A DNA stretch of 64,000 bases from Minutocellus sp. GHC0000111 (taxonomy: Eukaryota), in assembly GCA_977018835.1 (NCBI GenBank), contig OZ361260.1:3224001-3288000 (forward strand). Direction: 5' to 3'. The position numbers were made by a program, and so were the translations under genes. The notes under the pieces were generated by a model. It was given only the letters and a program-made list of their open reading frames with translations. It was not told the DNA's origin and ran no database searches. Of the stretch, positions 1 through 11,459 are shown one piece after another. Each line of letters starts with the position of its first letter. Position 1 is the first letter of the stretch.

Positions 1-1738
1 AGTCGTGATCGACGTCACCACCCTCCTTGACAATATCTGACGAGACGGCCGCCGCGGTAGCTGCCGTTGAAGATGACATGACTGCCAGGGTGTACTTACT
101 TGAGGGAGATGGGCTATCTACGCTGTCGGGACTCAGAGGCGAAGCGATGGCACTTAGCTTGGTAGAGCTCCCGCCGACGTCGGCGGCCGGGGCGGGCGTT
201 GGAGCTGCCAGATCGGGCCCATCGCGGAAGAACTTGGGCGCTCGGAAGGCAATATTGCCATGGGTGCGATGGTATTGATGGGGCTGCACCTGATGCTTCT
301 TCGAGTCGTCCCTCCACGTGACTCCGGAGTCAACTCCCTGGGCCATGTTCATCTTACCGTTGGTGTTGGCGCTGGTCGTATCATCATCGGGGTCCAAGTC
401 GGAGTCCGAGTAGTCATCCACGTCCATCAATTCATCCCTGGAGGCGGGGGTGATGGGAACGATGGCGGTAGTAGCAGCAGCATCTGCACCGATGGGAGAG
501 GAGGTGCTGGCAATGTCCAAGTCGGAGAAGCCGGAGCAGTCCGACCCGTCGTCATCGTCCACGTCCATGAGCTCGTCGGGCGATGCCGGGCTGAGCGGTG
601 CCACTACGTGGTCCGAGGTAGTCGAGTCCTCGTCCTCCTCCTTGCAAACTTCTTCCGGAATTTGGTGCTGCTCACCATTGCAGAGAAGCAGCTGCTTCTC
701 TTGAGCATGGTGGTGATGCTGCCGATCGGCGACGGCCGCCTCGTTGGAAGCCGACGCGGCGCTCAAGATGAAGGAGAAGTACCCCTTCCCGGTCGTGGGG
801 CGGGGCGCCTCGGTGGCAATCTCAATGGTCTTTATCGGCGGCGGAGCCGGGAGGACCAGCGGCTTGGACGATCCCGGAATGGCCATCTCTCCCAACGTTT
901 GCATCGATTCGTATCGCTTGTTTTGAAGGGCGAGGAAGGCATCATCGCCGTCGGATGAAGGAGGAGCGTTGCTCGTAGCCGATCTAGTACTCTCGGCTGC
1001 TTTCGTCGGCGATGATTCCGCCGACGCGGTGGGACTGGAATCGGCGCTGGTAATTTCCGATGCCCTCCCCTGCTTGCTGGGGGTGCCGGGCAGACATGTT
1101 CCGATCAGACCATCCAGAGGTTCGGCTGCTGTTCCGCCTTCATTGTCGAGATCCTCCTCCTGGTCGCTCTCCTCCTTCACATCCTCCTCGTCATCACCAT
1201 AATCTTCCTCCTCCTCCTCCTCGCCATCACTCACTACAGGGGCCGAGCTGCTCACCATCCCACCATACCCAGCGATGTTGAGCTGCTTGGCCGGCTGCAC
1301 GTCGACGTCCAACCTCGTCAGCCGGCGCGTCGTCGGCGACACCCTCTGTGCCATCTGCTCTTCGGCCACCTGCAACGATCGGTTGTACTGCGACTGCATC
1401 CGTCGGATGGCCTCGAGGGACGGTCCGTATTCCTGCGGTTCTGCGGCGGCAGTGGTGGGAATATGGGCCGTGGTTGTGGCTGTGGCCGAGGGCCGTTCCG
1501 GGGTCGATACCGGCGAGGGACTGCTGCGTGGGACCGGTTCACGATCGTCCGTCTGTGCAGGTCCTTCTGTGCTCCTGGCATCTGCCTCATCTTCCGATGA
1601 CGACGACGAAGAGCAGGGGAAGTTCCGACCGGTTCCTTGGGGAACATCTGCCGGGGATCCAGGACGACGGCGGACGACATTTGGGCGGTGGTGGTGCTCA
1701 TGCTTCTTCCGTATGTTGATTTGATCTGTATCGACCAT
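1..1738 (-). CDS. Hypothetical low-complexity/acidic disordered protein, running off the left edge of the window
   Basis: Minus-strand frame is open from ATG 1738 (MVDTDQINIRKKHEHHHRP...) to the window edge. It is missing from the ORF track because there is no stop. Ser/Asp/Glu/Pro-rich, with a duplicated motif (SPASPDELMDVDDD / TPASRDELMDVDDY). The + strand ORFs here read as shadows. Confidence 0.7.
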   Translation of the reverse strand, partial: MVDTDQINIRKKHEHHHRPNVVRRRPGSPADVPQGTGRNFPCSSSSSSEDEADARSTEGPAQTDDREPVPRSSPSPVSTPERPSATATTTAHIPTTAAAEPQEYGPSLEAIRRMQSQYNRSLQVAEEQMAQRVSPTTRRLTRLDVDVQPAKQLNIAGYGGMVSSSAPVVSDGEEEEEEDYGDDEEDVKEESDQEEDLDNEGGTAAEPLDGLIGTCLPGTPSKQGRASEITSADSSPTASAESSPTKAAESTRSATSNAPPSSDGDDAFLALQNKRYESMQTLGEMAIPGSSKPLVLPAPPPIKTIEIATEAPRPTTGKGYFSFILSAASASNEAAVADRQHHHHAQEKQLLLCNGEQHQIPEEVCKEEDEDSTTSDHVVAPLSPASPDELMDVDDDDGSDCSGFSDLDIASTSSPIGADAAATTAIVPITPASRDELMDVDDYSDSDLDPDDDTTSANTNGKMNMAQGVDSGVTWRDDSKKHQVQPHQYHRTHGNIAFRAPKFFRDGPDLAAPTPAPAADVGGSSTKLSAIASPLSPDSVDSPSPSSKYTLAVMSSSTAATAAAVSSDIVKEGGDVDHD

Positions 1739-2619
1739 AAAGATTCCGTTGGAGATTTATTGGCCGTTTTTTTAATGCTTTTGTGTCAAGGCGCGTCTTG
1801 TGTCGTATGCATGTGCCAGGAGAGCAGAGCCAACGAGGAGATTTCAATTCACTCCTCCTCTCTCAAGCCTCTGAGTGCAGATTGATGGGAGTATCGGGCT
1901 GTCACTTGCAGCAACTTATTTGGCCGATGGTGATGGTCTTGGTTGGGTGTCAGATAGATGATTCCTACCCTGATGAGAATCTGTGCCCTGCTGTGGAAGG
2001 TGGTGCCTCTGCTTGCTCAATGGTCGGAACAAATTATGCTGCTGCAGACCAAAACAAGAGGGAATAACGGTCGACTTGCTACTTCTCGCGTAAATCTTGT
2101 CGTTTACCCAACCACGTTCCGTTGCCGGCAAGCCAAGCGATCGTACTTCACGTTGGTCTCCACGATTTGCTTGTGAAACCGTGAAAAATCTCGTGGGCGG
2201 CGAGTGTGATCCCGGCAATGTCACGGGACCAGAAACACCCACACACTGTTCACAAAAGAGAGAGAAGAGAGAACGCCGAGAGCCAGGAACGATTGACGAA
2301 GGATCGAATAAGCCAGCTGAAACGGATCAATAGCGCGAGATATCTGAAGATCAAAGCAGAAGATGGGCTGGCGCTGAGTGCATCATATTTCGGCACATGA
2401 TGTGATTCAAACGATAAATGGGGTTCCTGCGCAAACACGTGTTTGCATGTTGATGTGACGGGTGATGGATCTCGGCGTCTTAAGCCCTTTGGCCGGGCCC
2501 AGTTGGAGTTCTCTCTACATATCAGCTTCTTCTACCGTCCACCGCTTGTTAAGATCCCGCCTCACCACTTCCGTTTCACCCCCTTTCCATGATTTCTAAA
2601 TTAATCTTTTGCATCCAGC

Positions 2620-3336
2620 GAAAATCGACAAACACTCATACCAGTCCTCCTCTCCTCGTCGGCCTTCATTCTAACCCTGTTGAGTGTCACGTGGTGTGAA
2701 TACATTTCCTTTACCGAGAAGGCGACCGGATACGAAGCCCTGTATGGCATTTGGTACTATTCCTCGACGGGTCTGGAAGAGTCTCCTCTGACCGGCGGGA
2801 CGCAGATTGCCACGCGATGCGTGATCAATCCTGACAACATCTTTACGGATGGCAAGTGGAAGACGGCCAAATCCTTTTCCATCATATGCCCCGTCATCGG
2901 TGGTGTGGCGTGCGTTTGGGTTTGGTTCTCCCAGTGCTTTCGTTCGCGTGGAACTTGGAAGTGCTTGGGCATGACCTTCCTTTGGTGCTCTCTGTTTTCG
3001 GGATTGACGCTTCTGTATCTTGGCAGTAACGCATGCAGTAATAATCCGATTCTGTCCATGCAACTTGGTTCAATCCAGAATGGTGACGTTGCGGACTTTA
3101 CAGAATCATGTGCAATGCATTGGGGTGCCAAGACGAATATTGCCGCGACGATCCTTTGGTTCCTTGCCGGTGTGAGCATGTTCAAGATCGAAGCGCCGAC
3201 TCCGCCACCTCGTCCTCCGCCGGAGACTCAGACAGTCACTTATCAGAAGACTACTCAGGCAGATGGCACCGAGGTAGTGACCAAGAACGTGGTCAAGGGA
3301 GTTGCCGTAGACACCATGGCCAAGGAGCAACCGTAA
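2620..3336 (+). CDS. Four-TM claudin/PMP22-like membrane protein (5' exon not resolved)
   Basis: Frame is open upstream of the tracked ORF to a pyrimidine-rich acceptor (ttttgcatccag, 2618). TM1 LIPVLLSSSAFILTLLSVTWC, then a GIW motif, two more hydrophobic helices, a Cys-containing loop, TM4 and a Pro-rich tail. Confidence 0.65.
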   Translation, partial: ENRQTLIPVLLSSSAFILTLLSVTWCEYISFTEKATGYEALYGIWYYSSTGLEESPLTGGTQIATRCVINPDNIFTDGKWKTAKSFSIICPVIGGVACVWVWFSQCFRSRGTWKCLGMTFLWCSLFSGLTLLYLGSNACSNNPILSMQLGSIQNGDVADFTESCAMHWGAKTNIAATILWFLAGVSMFKIEAPTPPPRPPPETQTVTYQKTTQADGTEVVTKNVVKGVAVDTMAKEQP

Positions 3337-4268
3337 CGTTTGCAATTCGTTTTGCATTATGCGAAAGAATATGTCCATAATTCACTATTTGTTTGAGGTA
3401 CCTAATCGTAAGTGGATAAACACAAATCGTTACCGTAGAAATTTATTGCTAACTACAAATAAGTAGGTAGACTAGCTCTGGCAATTGCATGCATATGATT
3501 ATGCTTTTATGGACTTAGCCATTTTCCGACCTGTAAGAAAAGATTGACAAAAAAGTTATACAATACGGTGAGGGATAAGCCACAATGTTTAGTAGACACA
3601 ATTCGCCTTTCATCATTCGAACGAAATGGTGGGAAAGCCAACAATTCCGGTCAACAGATCATGTACATATGCCTCATATATGGGTTGGTGATAAGGGATG
3701 TTCAGTCCCATGGTCAGCAGCGCTTGTAGTTGATTCGCATGTGACGGCCGAAAGCAAATCCCGGTGAGGAGACGGCCCTCCTCTCCTCTCGGAGAGACGA
3801 GTCGACCCCAGGTTGGAATCTGCACGCATTTCTGCGCCGGTCCGCCAAGTCTGAGCTCTATTATAAATCCTCGGCAAAATGATCTGATCTACCGTTTCTT
3901 TTCAATTTAAACGTGATATCAAAGGTTATAGTATAGAAGAAAGGACGGGCAATAGTAGTCACTTACCGCGAACTGGAGTCCGACAAGTCGTGAGGCGCAT
4001 TTTGTGTCATCTTTGGTGCGAGTCGGCGGCCTCTCTACTTCCATGCCAGACATGTTGCTTAGATATTCATCGGTTAAGCCTACTAAGGTAGCAATCTCAA
4101 GCACGTCGCCTGTTAGCCCCGAACAGCGACGCGCAACACACCGTAAAATGGTGGGCGAGAGGGAGGTCGGGTCGGGGTCGGGTCTTTGGCTCCGACCCCG
4201 TGCGCCGGTCCCACCCGCGTCCAAACCGCACCGTCCGCAGAGTGCCAGCACACCTCGACGCCGCGCGT

Positions 4269-4671
4269 TCACTCCTCCATCTTCTGGGCACCGCCGGACG
4301 GGGCGGCCTTGATGTAAAGGACGTTGTTGCAGCGGATAAGGACCTCACCGAGGAAGCCGGCGAACTCCCCGTCGACGAATTCCTCCGTCTTGTCCAGACG
4401 AAGGTTCATGTAGGCATCGGACGAGGAGAGGATGCCTTGATATTCCTGGCCCCACTTCAGGCGGAAACGGACGGCCTTGCCGGTCAGATCCGACAGGAAG
4501 GGCTTGGGGTTGACAATGAATTGTGACTGTTTCGTGTCGGTGGAGAGAGAGAGGGTGCCGGAGGAGGGCGTTTGGGTGAGGTGATTGGTTATGGCATGAA
4601 GACATCGACCCCACCAGGCCAACATGTGGGAACTACCACCAAATACAAGAACAAAGACATCAACTTACCAT
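4269..4671 (-). CDS. SNRPF: Small nuclear ribonucleoprotein F (SmF); exons 4671-4669 (ATG only) and 4526-4269; 86 aa
   Basis: VNPKPFL...[47 protein letters not shown] is the SmF Sm1/Sm2 signature. ATG|gtaagt donor and acag|TCA acceptor give a 142-nt intron (4527-4668). Confidence 0.95.
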
Positions 4672-4940
4672 AATGAGCGGCCACCAGAGAGGGAACGCAC
4701 GCAGAGGATACGCCACCGCAAAAAAGTGAGGCTCTGCATGGTTTCCAGGCAGTGAGCTTCAGAGCGGACGACACACAGACCAGAACAGTGGAATAAATCA
4801 AAAGAAACCCGGAGCACGCAGAAACCATACCAGCACATCTCGATCTCGTGAAAGCAAAGGAAGCTGAAAGCCAGAAGGGAGAAGGATCAAGCAAGAATTG
4901 CACGACATATATCACCATTCAATCCCAGCAAAGAGAGAAG

Positions 4941-5534
4941 ATGTCTTCATTTCATTCTTCGTCGAGAGCCGCCGTTTTGCTCTGCTTTCTAGCGCCGCGC
5001 AGCATTGTATCTTTTGCACCACAGAACCGTCAACATCGAATTCGTCAGTGGAACTCCAATGCATCATCATCGAAACGTTACAGAAGGGTGGCATTTCACA
5101 GTGGAAGAAAGGAAATATTTTATGTGCATCGTCATGATAGTTGGCTCTTGAATTCAAATGATGACGAGGGTGAAAATGATCAGCCTGCTGGACCACCACC
5201 GCCTTCCCGATCCTCCTCGAACAAAGATGCCAATGACAACGACGCACAAGAAGGACTCGGCCAAAAGGTTGGATTCGGAATCTTATCGACATTCGGCTAC
5301 GCGTTGCAGCTGGCATCTTGGCTGGTATCTGCCGGTTTGGTTCTCAACATATTTGGCTACGGATACGAGTTTGACCGAGAGGCACAGTATGGAGTCAAAA
5401 TTGATACGCTGAAGAACATTCGTCAGGAGAATCAGATGCGGAATGAGTTTGCACGGTTGGGGAAGCAGAGGGGTACGTCTCCTGATCCGTTACGAACCTT
5501 ACAGCAGCAGGAACAGCAAGATCTAAAAAAATGA
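4941..5534 (+). CDS. Uncharacterised probable plastid-targeted small membrane protein
   Basis: Signal peptide ending IVS-FAP (ASAFAP-like), a basic transit-like region and a hydrophobic segment LASWLVSAGLVLNIFGYGY. Transcribed divergently from SmF. Confidence 0.65.
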   Translation: MSSFHSSSRAAVLLCFLAPRSIVSFAPQNRQHRIRQWNSNASSSKRYRRVAFHSGRKEIFYVHRHDSWLLNSNDDEGENDQPAGPPPPSRSSSNKDANDNDAQEGLGQKVGFGILSTFGYALQLASWLVSAGLVLNIFGYGYEFDREAQYGVKIDTLKNIRQENQMRNEFARLGKQRGTSPDPLRTLQQQEQQDLKK

Positions 5535-5953
5535 TAATAGATGCGACTTGGCTTACACGATTGCGTGATTCCTCTCATTGGTCATTGCTCGCGGGAGGCA
5601 ATGACATGTTGGGCATAAGTACTACTGAGATGTGCTTTTTAATAGTCCTAATAATGTTTTAACGTATAGAAATCGTTAAGCCCTCTTCAAATGCATTTGC
5701 TACTCAATCGAATTGCCAAGCACAAAAGCACAAATATGTAAGTCAATGTTGGCCGGGTTGGGGACAAAATGGCCGCAGCCCGACTCCAATTTCATGTGAC
5801 TCGTGCGTATGTTCGAGGTCCGACCTCCGGACCTTTCCGGCAGATATTATATGCCTTGCGCTTTTTTGTTAGCACTTCGATGAGCATAAAAAATCAAAAT
5901 TGAAACTTGTGCGTTTCATACCTGCTGCAGACTACTGAAGGCTGCTTCTTTGC

Positions 5954-6702
5954 TTAGTTGGAAAGGGCGGTGGCGGCCTTCTCGTCGTTCTTGAGAAGGA
6001 TCATGACGTCGCGCATCCGCTTGACGTCGGCGGAGTCGTCCCCGGCCTCGTGGCTGAGCTCGACGAGCTTGACGACCTTCTGCCAGGAGTTGTCGTTCTC
6101 GAGGTCGGCCTCCATGGCCTCGAGCTTCTCCTGCTCGTCGGACCGGTTGGTCTTCATCCGGGCCTCGCGCTTGGCCTCCCGGGCGGCCTGGAAGGCCTCC
6201 ATCTCGGCCTCGGCCTGCTCGAGGACCTCGGCCTTCTTGGCGTTCTCGGCGTCCTTGCGGTCCTTGAGGGTGACCTGCCACTCGTCGTTCCAGATGGACA
6301 TGGGGGTGGGGCCGGTGGGCTCCTCGGGGACGACGGGGTCCTCGGGGATCATCATGGCGGCGTCGGCGGCGGGGATGGACTCCTCCTCGACGGGGGCGGG
6401 AGGAAGCTCGATGGGCTCGGCCCCGGCATCCTCGGGGGCGGCCGCAAAGGCCGGGGCGGCGTCCTCCGCGGGAGCCCCGAGGAGGATGGGAGCGTCCTCG
6501 GCGGGAGGGGCGGCGGTGGCGTCGACGTCACCGACGAAGCCGGCATCTTCCGGGGGAGCGGCCGCAAATGCCGGCGCCTCCTCCGATGGGGGACCCATGA
6601 GTATCGGCGCGTCTGCCGGGGGGGGGGGGCCTCGGCGGGGACCTCCGGGGCCGCCTCGTCCGGCATGGGCTGGAAGAATTCCGCAGTCTGCTCGTCCGCC
6701 AT
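5954..6702 (-). CDS. Clathrin light chain (apparent frameshift in a G12 run at 6618-6629)
   Basis: Acidic A/P/E-rich N-terminus (MADEQTAEFFQP), then a helix SIWNDEWQVTLKDRKDAENAKKAE and C-terminal NSWQKVVKLVE...DVKRMRDVMILLK, typical of clathrin light chain. The 749-nt span is one base short of a codon multiple. Confidence 0.85.
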
Positions 6703-7306
6703 GGTTGTTGTTATGTTATTTTCTATAAGTGTAGGTTGGTAGTAGTACCGCGCAAAGTACCGCCGTCGAAATAGTCTTGTTTTTGGCGGCGCGGCGGAGT
6801 TCCACCATCGTGGATCATCGCGGCGGTCGAAATACATCTGGGAAACCCCTCTGTCATATTCTCACGCATTTTGCGAGGAAAATGACCAATGCCAAGAGCA
6901 GGTGAAGGTGCGCGCCCCTCTATACTCGCGAAATGTATTTCTTTATGACGCAAGAGGGGGAAGATATATGGGGCAAGAATGGTATTGGCCCCATCTTTTC
7001 ATCATCTTTCATCATTTTTGCGCCTGAGATGATGAGAGCTTCCTGCAGATGCTAATGGCTGCGTTGTCGACGCTAACTACCGATGATACATGCAAACACT
7101 CACCTGCTAATCGAACAGATTCTCTTGTCTTTTCACCTCTACATCATTACTGGCTATCGCTGTTCACTCCAACTCCCAACAACTGGACCGAGAGGCATAA
7201 CAAAAATTTGAACGTGCCGAGAGCTTTTCGCTTTCTTCTCGCCTGCTTGCGGTCAGCTCTTCCATCTCGCCCAACCATTCCTTCGGCCCGGTAGGCCCTT
7301 GGAAAG

Positions 7307-9430
7307 ATGATGAAACGACCGTTTCTCGTGCGCATGCTGCTCGCTTTCTCGGTGCTATTTGGTTTCACCGATGCAGCAGCCGAGGCCAACATGATGAACA
7401 ACCAAATCGATTACGAATGGTGGAGAACCCGAGCGCCAATACAGTTCTCGCAGGGATATCAGGACAACATGGTCCTTCAGCAGGCACCTGCATCGGCATC
7501 CGTCACAGGTCATCTCGGACATGTGGATTGTCCCAAGAACCCAGAAGATCGGCCCATGGTGGTGGTGTCCATCCACGTCGACAAGGACGACTACGATGCT
7601 CGTCCCAGTCCAGCCATTTATTCGGTGGAGGCCCAAGTATATCCCGAAACGAACTTGGGAGAAAAGTATTGCAGCTTTCGGGCGATATTTCCGCCGACAC
7701 ACACCGGTGGGTCGTACACTTTTGAGGCCAGATATATGACGACCAAACCCAGCCAGACGGCCAAGATTCGTCATGTTACCTTTGGAGAGGTGTGGTTCTG
7801 CTCAGGTCAGAGCAACATGGCCCTTACGTTGCAGTACACATTGTCCCGGGATGAAACCATCAACAAGATACAAAGTGGGTCGTATAATAACATTCGTATC
7901 CACGGTCTAGAAGGAAACATGAATAAGGATCAACCCTGGAGGTCAGTGAGGGATGCCAACGCGGATGGGACCTTCCTGCACTATTCGAGCACTTGCTATT
8001 ACTTCGCAGAGAAGCTCACGGACGAATATCGGGCAAACAAGCAGACTCCAACACCAATTGGATTGATTCACACTGCTTGGGGCGGCAGTGCAATAGAAGA
8101 CTGGGTCGATGATGAAACTTTAGCATCTTGTACTGATACATGTCACGAACAGATCAAAGACGAAGTTGATGCTGGCCGATACAATCGTCACGGATACTCT
8201 CTCCTTGAGTGGCATGCTCTTCCCTATGTCAACATGACCATCAAGGGCTTCTTGTGGTATCAAGGAGAAAATAATATGAACATGGTGCCGAAATGCGTGC
8301 TGGGCAATTCTGAGCGTCAACAGGGCTATTCATGCCTTATGGTGGGGTTAGTTCGTCTGTGGAGAAAGTTGTGGTCGGCAACTCCTGGGACAACGGATCC
8401 ACTGGCACCCTTTGGTGTGGTAGCGCTTACCATGTCCGGTACCGAAGGAAATCCAAATATTGCATTGATGCGTTGGGCTCAAACAGGCGGCTATGGCGTT
8501 CTACCCAACGAAGCTATGCCCAAAACCTTCCTTGTGCAGTCATACGACATTGACGAACCGTATCGAGGCGTATTTGATTTATGTTATCATGGGGAATGCT
8601 GCTATCCGGGCAAGAGCTTTTCATATGGCCACAGTGATCCTGAGCCATGTGTCGATTCCGAACATCAGACAGAAAAGTACGCAGGCTTTGAGTGCAATAT
8701 GTGCGACGACTTATGTGGCGAATTTTGTGCATCTGCATATGCAAATAATTTCTACATGGGGACGATACATCCTCGCTTGAAATACCCCCTTGGATCGAGG
8801 CTCGCTGAAACAGTGGCAAGGTCTGTCTATGAACTGAAAGGGGAACATGGCCATGCAATTTCGACGGGACCAACACTCGCCGGCTGTGCAGTTGATAGTG
8901 ATTCCAAATCTTTGCGTGTATTCTTCATTGCGACGCTTCTTGCGGGTGATTCTGTTATGGTTCAGGAATACAATCGCTCGATCGCCGGCCGGAGCAAGAT
9001 GGAAGTGCTTGTTGCAACTGACAAAAGCAAGAATAGACTATGCCTTGATGTCTTCGGTGGGGAATGCGTCGATGATGGACACGGCAACAAATTCAGATGG
9101 GAGGGTATGGAAGCGTCCGAAGCTGTTTGGACGCCAGTCCAAATACTGAGCCAAGAAGAAACAACTAACAAGGGCTTTGAGATAGCTGTTGACCTTGGCT
9201 CGATTGGGACAATTGAAAATATGATGGCCATCCGATATGCTTGGGAGGGTGACTGTTGCTGGAGTCAACATGAAGACCGCACTCTGGAAAAGTTGTCTCG
9301 TTAATGCAACCCGAAGGCATGCCCGCTTTACTCTGCTGTATCAGAGCTACCGGCGAACCCATTCCTTGCTGAAATTATCAATGGCAAGTGCAAGTGTTGT
9401 CGCCACAAGTACAGAGATACGAAAAGGTAG
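7307..9430 (+). CDS. SIAE: Secreted sialate O-acetylesterase-family (SGNH/SASA) enzyme; in-frame TAA at 9302-9304 before the conserved C-terminus
   Basis: Signal peptide; GEVWFCSGQSNM, PIGLIHTAWGGSAIEDW, GFLWYQGENN, IHPRLK and IRYAW motifs. After the TAA the frame continues CNPKACPLYSAVSELPANPF...TAG 9430. Confidence 0.85.
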
Positions 9431-9964
9431 AATAAAGTAGTTGTATAAAGTTGTTGGAAATAGATTGTGACTAGAGTAGAGAGATTAAACTAGATTTGAT
9501 AAGATTGATCTCCAACTTGATGCGATCGGCATCTACGTTGGGAGATACGTTGCCAGATCTTGGCACGACACATAATGTGTGCTCGACGGGAACAGCGAGC
9601 GTATCCATATGACGTAATATTATCGTCATTCAGACGATCACATGTTGCACATGTAGCACCGGTAGGAATTCCTATCGGCAAGTCAGGTGGTGGGCGCGGT
9701 GGTCTTTTAGATGAGGAAAACAAGATGGTATACCATGGTGAAGAGAAGGAAACTAAACATAGTAAGAAGATCCATCAAATACGGTAGCAGGTCGCCTCGT
9801 CATAAATCTAGATCTCGCTCGATGAACCGGCCGGTGGATAAAAATCGTACCACCCCCCCCCTTTTTTCGTCCTTTTTTCCGGGACACCCCTTATTTCACC
9901 GGTCAGTCCCGGCTGAACTGAGATGTTCTAACACGATCCACCAACGGCTTTGGCCGGCCGTTGC

Positions 9965-11311
9965 ATGCATGGCGGCCGATTTCGCAAGACATCTCATCAC
10001 TCTCTCTTGAATCCAAACTGTAGTGGCATCGGATTGTTGTCAACATATCGCCAAATCCCAAGCAAAATGAGGATCAGTAGCACAAAGCATCTCCGAACTT
10101 CATCGGCACACATTGGAACTGTCCAAGATGTATCTTCGTCGACGGCTACAATCAATAATGATGGCGCCCATCGTCGTATGAAAAAGAACAAATCCGAGGG
10201 CAACGACGATATCATTCGTACGACCGACTCTGACGTGCTACAATTTCATGGCAACAAAGGACCCTTCGGCCGATGCATAGGTGATTGCGACTCAGATGAG
10301 GACTGTCAAGGCAGCCTGATTTGCCTTGAACGAGACGGGGTCGAGAACAATGTCCCTGGCTGTGGCGGCCTGGCTACATTAGACGTTGACTACTGTGTAT
10401 CGCCTTCAGATATTGATGACGAGCAACGGCAAGATGATGGCGGTGATCCAAATGCCGATTCGACCAACCCAAACCAAAATTCTAGCCCAGCCCCAACTAC
10501 CCTACCCCCTACTGGCATGACCGGGCCCTCGCTGACACCTCCAACGGCTTCGCCAACAGCCATGCCTACTTTTACTCCTACCGCAAGTCCCACTTCAGCC
10601 CCGTCTACGACCAGGACCGGCCTTGTAACGGAATCTCCTACTTTTCGTATGACATTTGATATCGATGATGACGAGGTAATCGTAAACTTTACGCCAACTT
10701 CCTCTCCCACCATCGTCGGCACAAATATCCCTACAGATATTTCCAGAGCAACTTCCCAGCCATCGCAAAGTAGCACCAACATTCCCACGACCGCCTCTTC
10801 TACCACCAGTTCTAAAGTTATTGCTGCTATCAATACCGATGAAAATCTCACTAGCAGCCAGATCGGTGCCGGTACCTTCAACATCAAGAGTAGTAGTGGC
10901 TATGCGGTCATGGCCTTCGCCTTTCTTTCTCTCATTGTTCTGGCCATTGTTGGTCTTGCCCTTCGAAAGCGCAGGAAGCAGCCCGTAGTGACAGAAATCA
11001 AGAACAAACCCTCACTCTCCACAGTGATAGTGCCTTTCGATGATGGTCGTGATGGTAGCCCTCGTTGGGGCGATGGCAGCACAATCAATCAGCTGACGCA
11101 AGCTTTCGAAAGCGAAAACATGGGTATCGAAGTCATCGATATCAAGAGCAATCCAAGCATTCGATCAGCTCCCAGTGCCGATAGCTTCGACGCCGAGCCA
11201 AATCCTCTGCCACACTCCTCTTCTCTGTACAAGAAATACCCCAAACTATTTGGACTTCCTGAGCGAGACGATGCTGGCGAAGTTGGTCCCATGGATACAA
11301 TCGAATTGTAG
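9965..11311 (+). CDS. Single-pass membrane protein with a frustulin-type acidic cysteine-rich module and a Pro/Thr stalk
   Basis: CIGDCDSDEDCQGSLICLERDGVENNVPGCGG...DYC (about 10260-10405), PT(A/S)SPT repeats, TM YAVMAFAFLSLIVLAIVGLAL followed by RKRRK. Start codon uncertain (9965 or 10067). Confidence 0.75.
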   Translation: MHGGRFRKTSHHSLLNPNCSGIGLLSTYRQIPSKMRISSTKHLRTSSAHIGTVQDVSSSTATINNDGAHRRMKKNKSEGNDDIIRTTDSDVLQFHGNKGPFGRCIGDCDSDEDCQGSLICLERDGVENNVPGCGGLATLDVDYCVSPSDIDDEQRQDDGGDPNADSTNPNQNSSPAPTTLPPTGMTGPSLTPPTASPTAMPTFTPTASPTSAPSTTRTGLVTESPTFRMTFDIDDDEVIVNFTPTSSPTIVGTNIPTDISRATSQPSQSSTNIPTTASSTTSSKVIAAINTDENLTSSQIGAGTFNIKSSSGYAVMAFAFLSLIVLAIVGLALRKRRKQPVVTEIKNKPSLSTVIVPFDDGRDGSPRWGDGSTINQLTQAFESENMGIEVIDIKSNPSIRSAPSADSFDAEPNPLPHSSSLYKKYPKLFGLPERDDAGEVGPMDTIEL

Positions 11312-11459
11312 ATGAGATAGAGTAGAAACATGAACATACAACACTTATATCCTAGATCTGCAGATCTGGTTGAGCTTAATCATCAATTTTTAAAGTTGTG
11401 TGTTTTGAGATCTTAAGTTGTGTAGTGAAATTCAATACAAACCATGCTGAGATAAGAAA

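Noticed and set aside
260..1724. Plus-strand ORFs of 232, 149 and 123 aa
   Set aside because: They read as antisense shadows of the continuous minus-strand ORF starting at 1738.
4173..4200. Hairpin CGGGGTCGG...CCGACCCCG in the SmF 3' region
   Set aside because: Only a 9-bp stem in GC-rich sequence, with no motif linking it to a known element.
3560..4260. GC-rich patches between the claudin-like gene and SmF as a possible ncRNA or small gene
   Set aside because: No tRNA, snRNA, RNase P/MRP or hammerhead consensus found by eye, and the short ORFs have no recognisable motif. An Rfam search would settle it.
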